DNA of 64,000 nt from Octopus vulgaris. Lineage: Eukaryota. Numbering within the stretch: position 1 is the first letter of the stretch; every line of letters starts with the position of its first letter. Where the stretch lies: the NCBI GenBank assembly GCA_951406725.2, contig OX597818.1:136772001-136836000 (forward strand), written 5' to 3'. The notes under the pieces are model-generated. The model saw nothing but the letters and a program-made list of their open reading frames with translations. It ran no database searches and was not told where the DNA came from. The position numbers and the translations under genes were made by a program. This document shows, piece after piece, positions 1 through 12,510 of the stretch.

Positions 1-499
1 CTTGTTTGACCCTCTATGTTTAGCTCCTTGTGGGCAGCAAAGAAATATATAATTAAACAGCCTACATCTTTTAGGCTGTCTATAAATTAATATCACTTTC
101 CTTATTTCAATCACTTATAATTGGTTCCGGACAAATGGTAAAGTAAAGTCAGTTAGCTGTTGCATGCAAGACTTTTGTTTGATGACTGAACATGTTGGGC
201 AGTTCCATGATCACTACTTTGATACACATGGATACACAATATAGTGGGATCAAAGTTTTTGGCTTCTTTGATTTAAATGACATAAGCATTTACAACAGTT
301 TAGGTAAAATACTGATTACTCAATTTTTGCCTTTGATTTATAATACAAAACACTTTAAAATAAGTGGTTTGTACTTATAAAGCCAGAAGTAGATTTGGTA
401 TTGAAAGCAACCACTTTCAACAACTGTTATTCATTTAATTTCAGTTTTTCCATGCTAGCATAGCTTGAATAGGAATCGGTTTTGAGGCAAGATTTTACA

Positions 500-903
500 G
501 GCACTGGAGTGGCTGTGTGGTAAGTAGCTTGCTTACCAACCACATGGTTCCAGGTTCAGTCCCACTGCGTTGCACCTTGGGCAAGTGTCTTCTACTATAG
601 TGTCGGGTCGACCAAAGCCTTGTGAGTGGATTTGGTAGACGGAAACTGAAAAAAGCCTGTTGTATATATGTATATGTATGTGTGTGTGTGTTTGTGTGTC
701 TGTGTTTGTCCCCCCCCCCCCAACATCACTTGACAACCGATGGTGGTGTGTTTACATCTCCGTAACTTAGCAGTTTGGCAAAAGAGACTGATAGAATAAG
801 TACTAGGCTTACAAAGAATAAGTCTTGGGGGCGATTTGCTCGACTACAGGCAGTGTGCCTGCATGTCCACAGTCAAATGACTGAAACAAGTAAAAGAGTA
901 AAG
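500..903 (+). mobile_element. tRNA-derived SINE, family A (CORE-like; octopus OR-type)
   Basis: Head with A box (TGGCTGTGTGG) and B-box-like GGTTCAGTCCC, CCTTGGGCAAGTG CORE-like segment, internal (TA/TG)n, tail ACTGAAACAAGTAAAAGAG; more than 10 copies in the window. Confidence 0.9.
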
Positions 904-1191
904 GAGAGCTCTTTTTGTCTCCAACCTTCACTTGTTTTTAGGCAAGAAACTTTTATATTCTAAAAATACAGCCCTTACCCCCAAATGCACAAAATAAATG
1001 CATTCATACAAACATTCATACAAACATTCATACATAAAAAGACAACAAATGGAAAATATGACCTACCTATACATATATAATTTTTTAAAATGTGTAGTTA
1101 ATAAACAAACGAACATATACTAAATACACAGGTGGACGGAAAACAGGTAATCAATACTTCATCAGTTATCAGTGAGAGGAGTCAATCGCAA

Positions 1192-2046
1192 TTCAGCCCT
1201 TATCGATGATATTGCTTCCACTCTGGAGGTACCAACAAGAAACTTGCCGGGAATTGGACCTAAACATAACAAAACGAAACAAGCTCAAGACAAGACCATT
1301 AGTGGATGAACGGGGAACAAAACAATGAACAGAATAAAGGCTTTGGGCCACATCATCATCATCATCGTTTAACGTCCGCTTTCCGCGCCAGCACGGGTTG
1401 GACGGTTCGACCGGGGTATGGGAAGCCAGGGGCTGCACCAGGCTCCAGTCTGATCTGGCAGTGTTTCTACAGCTGGATGCCCTTCCTAATGCCAACCACT
1501 CCGCAAGTGTAGTGGGTGCTTTTTACGTGCCACCTGCACAGGTGCCAGGGGGGTCTGGCATCGGCCACGATCAGTTGGTGCTGTTAATGTGCCACCGGCA
1601 TGGAAGCCAGTCAAGGCGGCGCTGGCATCGGCCACGATCGGTTGGTGCTTTTAATGTGCCACCGGCACAGAAGCCAGCCAAGGCGGCGCTGGCATCGGCC
1701 ACATTCAGATGGTGCTTTTTATGTGCCACCGGCACAGAAGCCAGTCGAGGCGGTGCTGGCATCGGCCACGTTTGGATGGTGCTTTTTATGTGCCATGAAG
1801 ACAACAATTAATAATGATAATGAATATACAATGTAAAACCTTGGGGCTGCAAGACAAGACAAAAATGGGTAATGCAACGGAGAAATGAAAACTGTCCTAA
1901 AGGATTATACATGGGGAAGGGTAGAGTGAGGAGCTCAGAAAATTGTGTCCAGTATGGTCAAAGGCAATGCAAAAAAGAATGACACTGCCTTAGGTTGTCA
2001 CAGGTCATGTGATAGTGAGAGAAGGGTAACAGAGAAAGACAGAGAG
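1192..2046 (-). mobile_element. Degenerate repeat, probable Penelope-like relic (left arm of an inverted pair), interrupted by a family B insertion
   Basis: 1192-1350 plus 1796-2046 align as the reverse complement of 2712-3116. Confidence 0.5.
1351..1795 (-). mobile_element. Family B: RTE-type LINE 3' UTR/tail fragment with ~60-bp internal repeats
   Basis: (GAT)n tail on the minus strand, AGGAAGGGCATCCAGCTGTAGAAAC motif, tandem GTGCCACCGGCA units. Confidence 0.8.
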
Positions 2047-2091
2047 TGAGAGCTGTTTATTTACGACACTTTTTAAAAAATTATATACATA

Positions 2092-2490
2092 GGCGCAGGA
2101 GTGGCTGTGTGGTAAGTAGCTTGCTAACCAGCCACATGGTTCCGGGTTCAGTCCCACTGCGTGGCACCTTGGGCAAGTGTCTTCTACTATAGCCTTGGGC
2201 CGACCAAAGCCTTGTGAGTGGATTTGGTAGACGGAAACTGAAAGAAGCCTGTCGTATATATATATATATATATATACGTGTGTTTGTGTCTGTGTTTGTC
2301 CTCCTAGCATTGCTTGACAACCGATGCTGGTGTGTTCACATCCCCATAACTTAGCAGTTTGGCAAAAGAGACCGATAGAATAAGTACTGGGCTTACAAAA
2401 GAATAAGTCCCGGGGCCGAGTTGCTTGATTAAAGGCGGTGCTCCAGCATGGCCGCAGTCAAATGACTGAAACGAGTAAAAGAGTAAAAGA
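2092..2490 (+). mobile_element. SINE family A, full length
   Basis: Matches the other family A copies from head to AAAAGAG tail. Confidence 0.9.
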
Positions 2491-2711
2491 GGTAGGCCAT
2501 ATTTTCAATTTGTTGCCTTTTTATTTATTCCTGAAAATATCATTTATGTAACGCACACACTTCTTAATTTTTTTACCCATTTGTAGAAATATTCTTGGAA
2601 TATTTTTTGTGTAACTCTATCTCTTTCCTTTACTTTGCTTTTTTTTTTTTTTTTGTACTTGTTTAAACCGCGATCTCCGAAATTTACTTTCTTTCTCTCT
2701 CTTTTTCTCTC

Positions 2712-3116
2712 CCTCTGTCTTTCTCTGTTACCCATCTCCCACTATCACGTGACCCACGACAACGTAAGGCAGTGTCATTCTTTTTCGCGTTGCCTTTGAC
2801 CATACTGAACATAATTTTCTGAGCTCACTCTACCCCTCCCATGTATAGTCCTTTGGAACAGTCTTCATTTCTCTTTCACGTTACCCATTTTTGTCTTGCT
2901 TTGCAGCCCCAGGGTTTTACATTGCATACGTATTATCCTTATTAATTGTCTTTGTGTGGCCCTAAGCTTTTATTCTGCTTGTTGTTTTGTCCTCCGTCTG
3001 TCCACTAATGGTCTCATCTCGAGCCTGTTTCATTTTGTTATATTTAGGTCTGATTCCTGGCAAGTTTCTTGTCGGTGCCTCCAGAGTGGAAGCAATATTA
3101 CCAATAATGGTTGAAC
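2712..3116 (+). mobile_element. Degenerate repeat, probable Penelope-like relic (right arm)
   Basis: Inverted copy of 1192-2046; reads FCLALQPQGF, resembling the LxPxGLN end of PLE GIY-YIG ORFs (inference). Confidence 0.45.
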
Positions 3117-3350
3117 AAGTCCAAGCCAGGTTGTTTATGAAAGACCAACAGTCACCCATGCATACCAGCCTCTCCTCTCCATACCATTGATGTTATCCAA
3201 AGGAAAAGCAAAGGCTGATACAGTTTGGCCCCAGTGACATCACAACTCATTTCCACAGCTGAGTGAAATGGAGCAACATGAAATAAAGTGTCTTGCACAA
3301 GAACATAACCCACAGCCTGGTCCAGGAACTGAACTCACTACCTTATGATT
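3117..3350 (-). mobile_element. SINE family G, partial
   Basis: Reverse complement of part of 59371-59725 (CAAGACACTTTATTTCATGTTGCTCC core). Confidence 0.75.
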
Positions 3351-3399
3351 TCTTTATCCATCAGCTTCTACTAAGAGATGTAAGTAAAATTAATAATAG

Positions 3400-3740
3400 A
3401 GAAACAAAAATAAAACTTTGAAAACAGCAATGCTGCTCTAACTTACATGGAAACCATGAGCGTGCTTTCAAGGGAGATAATCAGAGAACGACTTGAAAGT
3501 CAATGCAATATCATAATGCTTTATGTAAAGTAAAGTGAATATAACAAATAATCTAGAATCCTTCTCCGGTACTGAATCAATCCCAAAATCTAACCAGTTC
3601 ATGACAGTCACAATGCCAAACATCCCTGAAAGTTTCATCTGAAACCATCCACTGGTTCTTGAGGTATGTTGTCCATAGTCAAACAAACAAAGAAACACGA
3701 CTGACAACAATACCTCTGCCTTCGCTAAGGCAGAGGTAAT
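3400..3740 (+). mobile_element. Non-autonomous Helentron/DINE-like element; 5' boundary approximate
   Basis: ACAAACAAA tract followed by a perfect 12-bp terminal hairpin TACCTCTGCCTT-cgct-AAGGCAGAGGTA (3711-3738). Confidence 0.5.
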
Positions 3741-3761
3741 AATAATAAGAATAAGAATAAA

Positions 3762-4317
3762 TGCCCTGATGCAATACCAGGCAGTGACTCTCATGGCTTC
3801 AGATCTTAACTGATTGGAAGTGTTATCATGTACATTGTTTTTACTTGGAATACAAGATGGGCTACAGTAACTATTCTACTCAATACCACAGATTTGCTTG
3901 TCAGTTGTTTGACCATAACCAGTTGAGCATGTCTCTTGGTGGCTGACGATATGTGCATCTCTGATCATGAGCAGAAGTAGTGGGGGAGCATCATAGCCAT
4001 GTGTTCAAAGGAATTCTTTGGAGTTTAGCTAATTCACCTTTGCAACCAATAGGTGTTTTGTTCATCATCCTTAAACAACCCTTATTCAAGGACCCTTTGA
4101 GTGGTATAGGCCACTCAACCTGAAGAAAATTGTAACTGGGCCCCATCTGCAAGTTCATGCGCTGTTTATCTTGATATGAGATCACCATGTCGTGCACATA
4201 TACTTGTGATGCATGTACCTAGTGTGCCCTTATCAGACAGATAGTTATGATAGGTATATTGGGCTTCGTATATTTTACCCCAGTGTCAGTTTGATGGCAT
4301 GCACTGCTCTCTCACTC
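3762..4317 (+). mobile_element. Family D: ~555-bp non-coding retro-repeat in a (TAA)n tract
   Basis: Near-identical to 47266-47816 and to the reverse complement of 9162-9676; flanked by AAT repeats. Confidence 0.85.
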
Positions 4318-4354
4318 AATAATAATGATAATAATAACCATCATTGTCCTTTAA

Positions 4355-4591
4355 CCCTTGTGTTATTTAACCCTTGTGTATTTCTGTTGAAATGCACCAT
4401 TGTTGTTCCAGTTAATCTTGAAAATAATGAAAAATTTAGTAAAATAACTTTGTCATCATTAATTAATCTAGTGTTTGCAACATAAATTAACACAAAATTT
4501 TGATGGAATATTTTAATTTAGATGACTTTAAAATGGCAAGTTTTGTGTTACAGAACCAAGGGTGGATTGGGGCAGTTTGATATCAAAAGGA
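4355..4591. mobile_element. piggyBac-like MITE, family E2 (old)
   Basis: TTAA|CCCTT...AAAAGGA|TTAA ends; homologous to 49919-50123 and to 25103-25580 (inverted). Confidence 0.6.
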
Positions 4592-5546
4592 TTAATATCT
4601 GGCTTCCAAACCAGCATAGGAGGGATTCATCTGGCAAAATACAATTACAAACAAGAACAGAATTTTTTTTTAAAAAAAACCACTTTAGATCTACTCATGG
4701 AAATGAATAGTGGTTTATGGCTATAAATTGCAAAAACTTTTGAATTTAGTTTCACAAAAGTGAAACAGTCAGGCAAATTTAGAATATATATAAAAAAAAA
4801 AACTGCTAGAAGAATAACCTTGTAAATTTTATCTACTTTTAATAGAAAAAAAACCCCCATTTATCGAGTGTCAAATTTTAAAAATAAAAGGAAAAGCATC
4901 ATTAAGAAATTCCATTGTAAAAGTATACCATTTATCAGAATTTATAGCTGAATAAATACTTGAAAAGGCAGCATAGTGTGAAATGTCAATAGGAGATTGA
5001 TATGGAGCAGAAATCAAATATTATTCTGATAAAATCAGGATATCATATGAAATGGTTTGTAACAAGTTGCTGGTAAAACTGCTACAAATGGTTACATTTA
5101 AAATTAGTGTCTTGAAATGGAAAGTATTTAGACAGCTGGGGTTTTACATGGTGAATGATGCTGTACTAACTGAAGAATTTTTATAAAATGGTGGCACCTT
5201 AAAGACTGTTGATATACATCAGCAAAACTTATCCAAAAACACATTCACATATTGTGCAAAGACGAAAAAACATTAAGAAAAGACAATGGAAGAAAAATGT
5301 TTTACAAATATGGTATTAATTTAATGCTTCAATAGAAAAACTATCTTAATGTTTTGGATGTTAGTTTTTGTCAGACGAAAAGCTAGAAAGAGAAGAGCAT
5401 AGAGATTGGGAAAAAAACACTGGGGTGGTGGTGGAGGGTTAAAAAAACTCTGTGGGAATGCTGCTTTATGGAGAGAAATTAAGAGGGAAGAAAGGGGTGT
5501 GTGCATAAATGCATTAGAGTATACCTGAATCTAGAGATAGGCTTAA

Positions 5547-5765
5547 CCCTTTAGTATTTAAACCGGCCACATCCGGCCAAAATAGCTAATCTGTTTTATG
5601 TTCAAACTAACCAGATCCAGGCTCTCACACCTACCCTACAATGTTATTCTACATTAAGTAATTACACCATCAAGATCTTGAAGATATGAGATAATGCATG
5701 ATTAATTCAAATCAATGGGAATCAATAAGCATTATGTTTGATAGAATAATCTGAACACTAAAGGG
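5547..5765. mobile_element. piggyBac-like MITE, family E1 (219 bp)
   Basis: TTAA TSDs (5543-46, 5766-69) and TIRs CCCTTTAGT/ACTAAAGGG. Confidence 0.88.
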
Positions 5766-5999
5766 TTAAAGGGAACTGATGTGTGTGGATGTGTGTGTTA
5801 GTGTGATGTATGTCTGTGTATAGGTGTGTACAAGAGCGAAAGTACAGTGGTGTTGGTTAACGATGAGGGTGTTGATATGTGTATGTCTCTGTTAAAGTAA
5901 CAAGATGATGGGTGAATGAACACAGGGGTACCTTGGCTCACAGACATGCTGTCTCCTCTCTCTCCCTCTCTATAATGACCTCTGCTCCTCAGAACCAGT

Positions 6000-6210
6000 T
6001 GGTCACAAGCTACCTCCATTCAAGCACTTGAAATTCGCTTGTTCCACTACTCATTACTAGTGCTGGATCCACCACCCCAACACACTAATCCCTATATCCA
6101 GTCCTTCTACCTCAGAACATTGACCTTCTGGAACCTCCTCCCTGTATATGTCTTTGTAGGTATTGACTTGCAGAATTAAGCAGAATGTGAATGGCATTGA
6201 TCTCATCCAT
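6000..6210 (+). pseudogene. CR1/Jockey-like LINE ORF2 C-terminal relic
   Basis: Translates ...TNPYIQSFYLRTLTFWNLLPVYVF..., matching the SFFPRTxxxWNxLP motif. Confidence 0.6.
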
Positions 6211-7260
6211 CTTCAAGGGCATGTGAAGACTATTGGCATTGCATCTTTCAGTACAAAGAAGGTAAATATTTTAGCAAGTAAAAAGTCGGAAAAAAAGAAG
6301 GAATTCTGAGAATCATTGGTTTCTCTTTTTGGCTTTAGAATAAAATCTGAATATTTAAACAATCTACAAAAAAAAACAAAAAAAAAAACAAACTAAAAAG
6401 ACTATTAAAATGATTATAGGTAAAAATTCTTGAAATATCTAAATTTGTCTTTTTATGGAAGCTACTTGTTTTGGTTCTTAGTAAGTAGCATCGACTAATT
6501 GGTATCTACAGAAAGATGAATTTCCTTTGGGAAGACAAAGGTTTTTGATGGAAAAGTCTGAGAGTAGAAGAGGAAAATGAGAGAATTCAGTGAAATATAT
6601 AGCATAGGAGATTGAAATATGGTGTTAATTCAATATAACAGCACCAACAGCAGTAAAAGGAAGGCACCAAGATTATTCTATAGTTCTTTAGTATTGACTC
6701 TTTGAATGTGTTTCTTCTTCATCTTTCTGATAAAAGACATCCTCTTGATTACACAAAAACATACATGCACATGTGCACCCATACATATGTATATACAGGC
6801 ACAAGACACATACAGATATACATGTACATATATACATACTGACACAGACATATGTACACACACACACACATAGACTGAAAATAGATCGTTTTCCTTTTTT
6901 TTAAATATCTTTATCAATGATTAAGAATTTGTATTTAGCTCACCATCTTTTACATCTATATACAATAATACATGGGATTGTATGTATGCATGGTGTGTGT
7001 GTGTGTGTGTGTGTGTGTACAGTCATGTACAAAACAAAAATGAAAAAAACAACAAAGCAAAATCCAGAAGTAATGCAGTCATGCACACAGATGTACAGAC
7101 ACACAATATAATTATATACCCAAACAGAATATATATACATTAGCATATACATATATAGAAACACAAAATGTGTATACACATACACACATATATATTCACA
7201 TACACAAAATACATACATAAAAAAAACCCTGATATATATTCACACACAGAATATATGCTT

Positions 7261-7325
<65 letters not shown>

Positions 7326-7869
7326 CTATTTTTTACAGTAATTATTTTTAGATGAGACCTAGTAGTAAAGGATAAAAGTACCAGAAGATGTGGATGTGGT
7401 TGGAATTATGGAGAAGAATGGAAAGGAACGGCATAAGGTTGGGAGATATATCCAAAGGAGGAAGGAGAGGAAGAGGAAAAGGGGGAGAAGAAGAAGGAGC
7501 AGATATGAAAGGATGAAGCAAAATTGATGAAAATGAAAATAATAGATAAAAAAAAAAAAGAAATGATAACTTGCAGTGATTATAGAATTATAAGAAGAAG
7601 AGTTCTTTAATGAAATTGGAATAGAATAAATGGCACAAGAATAATCGCCAGTCATGCCAAAACAAGCAAAGCAGTTGAAGTGTTGGTAGTAACATCTTTA
7701 TATAGGAAGGTAACAGGCTTCACTATTACAGAGCACCACCATCACATTATGATCTGACCACCACCGCTGCTGCCACAATATTGTAGAATAACACATCACC
7801 ACTACTACACACTTAATAACAAGACAAAGTTATAGCATTAGTGATGAGCACAATCTTTATTTAAAATGT

Positions 7870-8530
7870 GTGCTGGTGATACATAAGAGGCACCCGTGCT
7901 GGTGGCATACAGCAGGCACCAGTGACCATGGCATGAAATAGGTACCTGTACTGGTGACAAATAAGAAGCACCCGTGCCAGTGACGTGTAATGGGCATCCA
8001 TGCTAGTGACACGTAACAGGCATCTATGCTGGTGGAATGTAAAAGGCATTTGTGCTGGTGACATATAAAGGACACCCATGCTGGTGACACGTAAAGGCAT
8101 CTGTGTCGGTGATATGTAATAGATACCCAGTACACCCCGTGTAGTACAGTGGTCCCCAAACCTTTACAGGTTGCTGGCCCCTTGACATCCAGGCCACATT
8201 CCTAGTGCCCCCACCCCAACTAACCTTAATGAACCCATTATTTTGTTGTTTTTACATGACGTGCTACTCATTAACTCCCCACTTTCGACATAAATCACTA
8301 CCCCATTATCGCCCCACTTTTCTTCAATGCCTCCTTGGAACTTGCCACTGCCCCCAGGGGGCAATACCACCTACTTTGGGAACCACTAGTGAATGGCATT
8401 AGCGAGGGCATCCAACCATAGAAACCAAGCCACACCAAACTGGAATCTGGTGCAGCCTTGCGATTTACCAGTTCCAGTCAAATCATCTAGCATGGAAAAT
8501 AGGATGTTAAATGATGATAATGATGATGAT
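7870..8530 (+). mobile_element. Diverged family B tail with ~30-bp GCTGGTGACA repeats, interrupted by a hAT MITE
   Basis: GAGGGCATCC motif and (GAT)n tail at ~8511-8530. Confidence 0.7.
8147..8388. mobile_element. hAT/Charlie-like MITE
   Basis: TIRs CAGTGGTCCCCAAA / TTTGGGAACCACTA; related partial copy at 25260-25529. Confidence 0.7.
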
Positions 8531-8739
8531 AAATTCTGGTATAAAAAGGCAGGGGAGGCAACCCTGCAAAATTAATTAAAAATAAATATGTAAACACACT
8601 GGTGGTGGGAGGTGAGTATGTACCATTTGTGACAACTGACAACTCCTAGGTTAACCCATGGCTAAACAACACACAACCCTGCCAGATTATATTAGCTTAG
8701 TAACACTGACGATGCTGATGGTAACAGTGGTAATGACAA

Positions 8740-9140
8740 TGACAAATACTCAGCAGTATTTCTTTTGACTCTTTATATTTTGAGTTCAGTTCCCATCGTG
8801 GTCAACTTTGCCTTTCATTCTTTTTTGAGTAACAAAATAAAGCAAGAGTCAAGTACTGAGGTTGATGTAGCTGACTTTCCCCTCCCTTCAAAATTGTAGG
8901 TCTTGTGTCAAAATTAGAGAGAATTATTAAAGGCAACAAGTTAGCAGGATTATAAGCATGCAGGACAATATGCTTAGCGATATTTCTCCCAGCTTTACAT
9001 TCTGAGTTCAAATGCCACCATGGTTGACTTTTCCTTTTATTGTTTTAGGGTTGATAAAATAAGTACCAGTCAAGCACTAGGGACAATATAATTGACTTTC
9101 CCCTTCCCTCAAAACTACTGACTTTATGCCAAAAATTATT
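8740..9140 (+). mobile_element. Two decayed SINE family C fragments
   Basis: GAGTTCA...ACTTTGCCTTTCAT...AAGTACCAG motifs. Confidence 0.6.
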
Positions 9141-9161
9141 AAATATTATTATTATTATTAG

Positions 9162-9676
9162 TGAGTGAAAGAGCAGTGCATGCCATCAAACTGACACTGG
9201 GGTAAAATATATAAAGCCCAGTATACCCATCATGACTACCCGTCTGATAAGGGTACACTAGGCACATGCATCACAACCATATGTGCACGACATGGTGATC
9301 TCATATCAAGACGAACAGCACATAACCTTGCAGGTGGGGCCCAGTTAGAATTTTCTTCTGGTCAAGGAACCCATCCCACTCAAACGGTCCCCGAATAAGG
9401 GTTGTTTAAGGATGTTGAACGAAACACACATGTTTCCAGAGGTGAATTATTCAAACCCCAAAGAATTCCTCTCAACACATGGCTATGATGCTCCCCCACT
9501 ACTTCTGCTCGTGACCAGAGATGCACGTATCGTCAGTCAATAAGGGACATGCTCAACTGGTTAAGGTCAAACAACTGACAAGCAAATCTGTGATATTGAG
9601 TAGAATAGTTACTGTAGCCCATCTTTTATACCAAGACAAAACAATGTACATAACGCTTCCAATCAGTTAAGATCAG
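9162..9676 (-). mobile_element. Family D copy, slightly 5'-truncated
   Basis: Reverse complement of 47266-47816; starts from an (ATT)n tract. Confidence 0.85.
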
Positions 9677-11082
9677 TTGTTGTTGTTGTTGTTGTTGTGG
9701 TCTTTGACAGGTCTGACAATGGTTTCTATTGACGAGGCAGGAATCCAATCTCAAAGAGGTGGGATGGTGATATAACTAAGAGTTGAGAATAATAATATTA
9801 AGATTTCTGATGAGTATGACATTTTCTAATTAATCTTCAACAGAAAGTATTCAGTCATCACAAATACAAACAGGTTTCAAACAATTCATCACTTAACCAT
9901 TTCCAACAGCTGCTGATTTGAACCATTTCTGATAATCAATGAACATGGATATATATTTTCAATATTTGATATTCACCTCTTCCTCCTCTGGCTTGTCTCT
10001 CACTCCAACCACTCTATTTCACTCTAATACTCTCTCTTCTTTCACCCTTCCTTGGTCATGTTTGAGCTGAGAAATGGAGCCAATACAAAATGTATCTCTT
10101 ATGTAGTGCTATCATAAAATGCATCCAATGCACTCTTATAAGTGCTGAAATGCACGATATCACAAGAATCATACTAATGTTGTTTACATTCATTTTAAAA
10201 GAAGTAAGGAACTCTCTAAAATTAGCAAGAAAACACTAATTCTTTCTTCTGTCATTCATTTCTCTTATCTAACAAAATCATTACTAGACTTCACAACAGG
10301 ATGCCAAGAGTTAATTAGACACACTGTTAATTAGTTATACTGTGTGTAACTCAGAAAGCCATCACCAATACTGGTGTGATGATTGTAGGTTCAGCTTATA
10401 CTTTATCCAATAACTCATGCATTAGTTAAACTGCTAGTGTGATCATGGACATTTTAAATGATAGTCACACTGAAAGATTAAGAAGTATGGCAAAAACCAG
10501 TGATGTTTTCATTTGCTGAACAACTTTGCTTCAAATATGTGTCTGTTACAAGTATTTGACTTTGTTGCTGCAACTATATCTGTGATGAGAAAGAGAATAT
10601 ATTAATAATCTTCCTCACATCACATCCCACCATTATAACAAAAAAAGTATGCATTTAGATAATGTAAACCCAGGATGCCATTAGAAAGATGGGACAGCCA
10701 TGATGGAATGCCAGAGGTCATAAAGCTGTTCTAAATCTCACCTGAGTTAAACGACAACAACAACAACAACAACAAAGAGATAAGAAGGGAGTATTTCCAT
10801 TAACACTAGAGAATAAGGAGTTAAACATAGAAGTAAACAAGAACATGATTTTAAGTCACATGGGGAGGAACATTTAGCTTTATCATAATTTATCTTTACA
10901 TGGGATAATAGATGCAAAAATATGACCTCACCAATATTTATGGGACATTTAAATAAGAGGAATTTAAGTAAGAGGAATTGAATGTCAACACAAGGTATTT
11001 AACTGCTAACCATTCTTTTGTATGATCAGACATACCAACTGGTTTTTAAGTACTCTTCATAATTCAGTTATCTTCCATACGC

Positions 11083-11448
11083 TTTTACTCTTTTACTTGT
11101 TTCAGTCATTTAGTCGAGCAAATTGACCCCAGGACTTATTCTTTGTAAGCCTAGTACTTATTCTATCAGTCTCTTTTGCTGAACCGCTAAGTTACAGGGA
11201 CACAAACACACTAGCATCGGTTGTCAAGCGATGTTGGGTGACAAACACAGATACACAAACACACACATACACATATATACATATATACGATGGGCTCCTT
11301 TCAGTTTCCATCTACCAAATCCATTCACAAGGCTTTGGTAGACCTGAGGCTATAGTAGAAGACTCTTGCCCAAGGTACCACGCAGTGGGACTGAACCCGG
11401 AACCATGTGGTTGGTAAGCAAGCTACTTACCACACAGCCACTCCTGCA
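11083..11448 (-). mobile_element. SINE family A with a short internal deletion
   Basis: Reverse complement of the family A consensus. Confidence 0.88.
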
Positions 11449-12087
11449 CCATGAAAAAATAAATAAAAATAAAAACTACAACCAAGGCAGAGCAGCTTTT
11501 ACCAATTTGTGTTTAGCTTACTGTATAATCAGTAAAGAGAAAACAACAAGAGTAGAAACATTAGACTTCTGTACGTTCACAGAAACAACACAAAAGAAAT
11601 GTAATATTTAACTCTGAAGACATTGCTTCAGAATGATCTTAGCCATAATGGGGTAAACAAATAAAAGGCGGGTAGAACACACCTCTGTTAACACATTAAG
11701 TACCACAAGTTATAGCCCACAAGTTGAATTTTAAGGCCAAAATTTACAGCCATAAAAAGGCAAGTCAACTTCTGCACCAAAATGATTTGGGAATACCAAA
11801 AATTCCATGAGAAATGCAGTAGAATTTGGAAAGATGGTGATGATGTTTGACTACTTATGTTTCATGCTCACAGTATATACTATAGTGAATTGTGTGCTGG
11901 AAAATATGGTAATATGACAGATTTTTGTGCTTTCTAAGTGCCTTCTACAACCCTCCCAGGTATTAAAGTAAATTTGGTAAATAGAAGCTGTGCAGAAGCC
12001 CATTGTGTGTATGTATGCATACATGTCTGTCTGTCTATCTATCTATCTACCTATATATATATACACACACACACACACATATATATA

Positions 12088-12118
<31 letters not shown>

Positions 12119-12510
12119 TTATATCTATATGCATACACAACAATATTTTCTCTTTTGCTTTTATGCAACACTGATTGATAACTGATCCTGTATCTTATTG
12201 ATTTCATAAATAGGGACCAATTGAATAAGCACCAAAAGTAAAAAATATGGGTGTCACTTTGGATTGACTAAAACTCTCCAAGGCAGTCGAAAGACAGAAA
12301 AGATTAAAAGTGTATGAGTAAATAGACAGCACATTAAAATGATGTTGCTGCTGATTTAGTATGCATTTGGTAGAATCATAACAGCATTGGATAGAATTCC
12401 TTGTGGTATTTGTTCCAATTTTCTACACTCTGAGTTCAAATTTCACCTAAGTCAACTTTCCTTTTCCTCCATTCAAGGACAATAAATATAAAACAACCAG
12501 TCTAAGGTAG

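Noticed and set aside
150-300. PHD-like WNCPTC on the minus strand
   Set aside because: Multiple stops; too short to distinguish from chance
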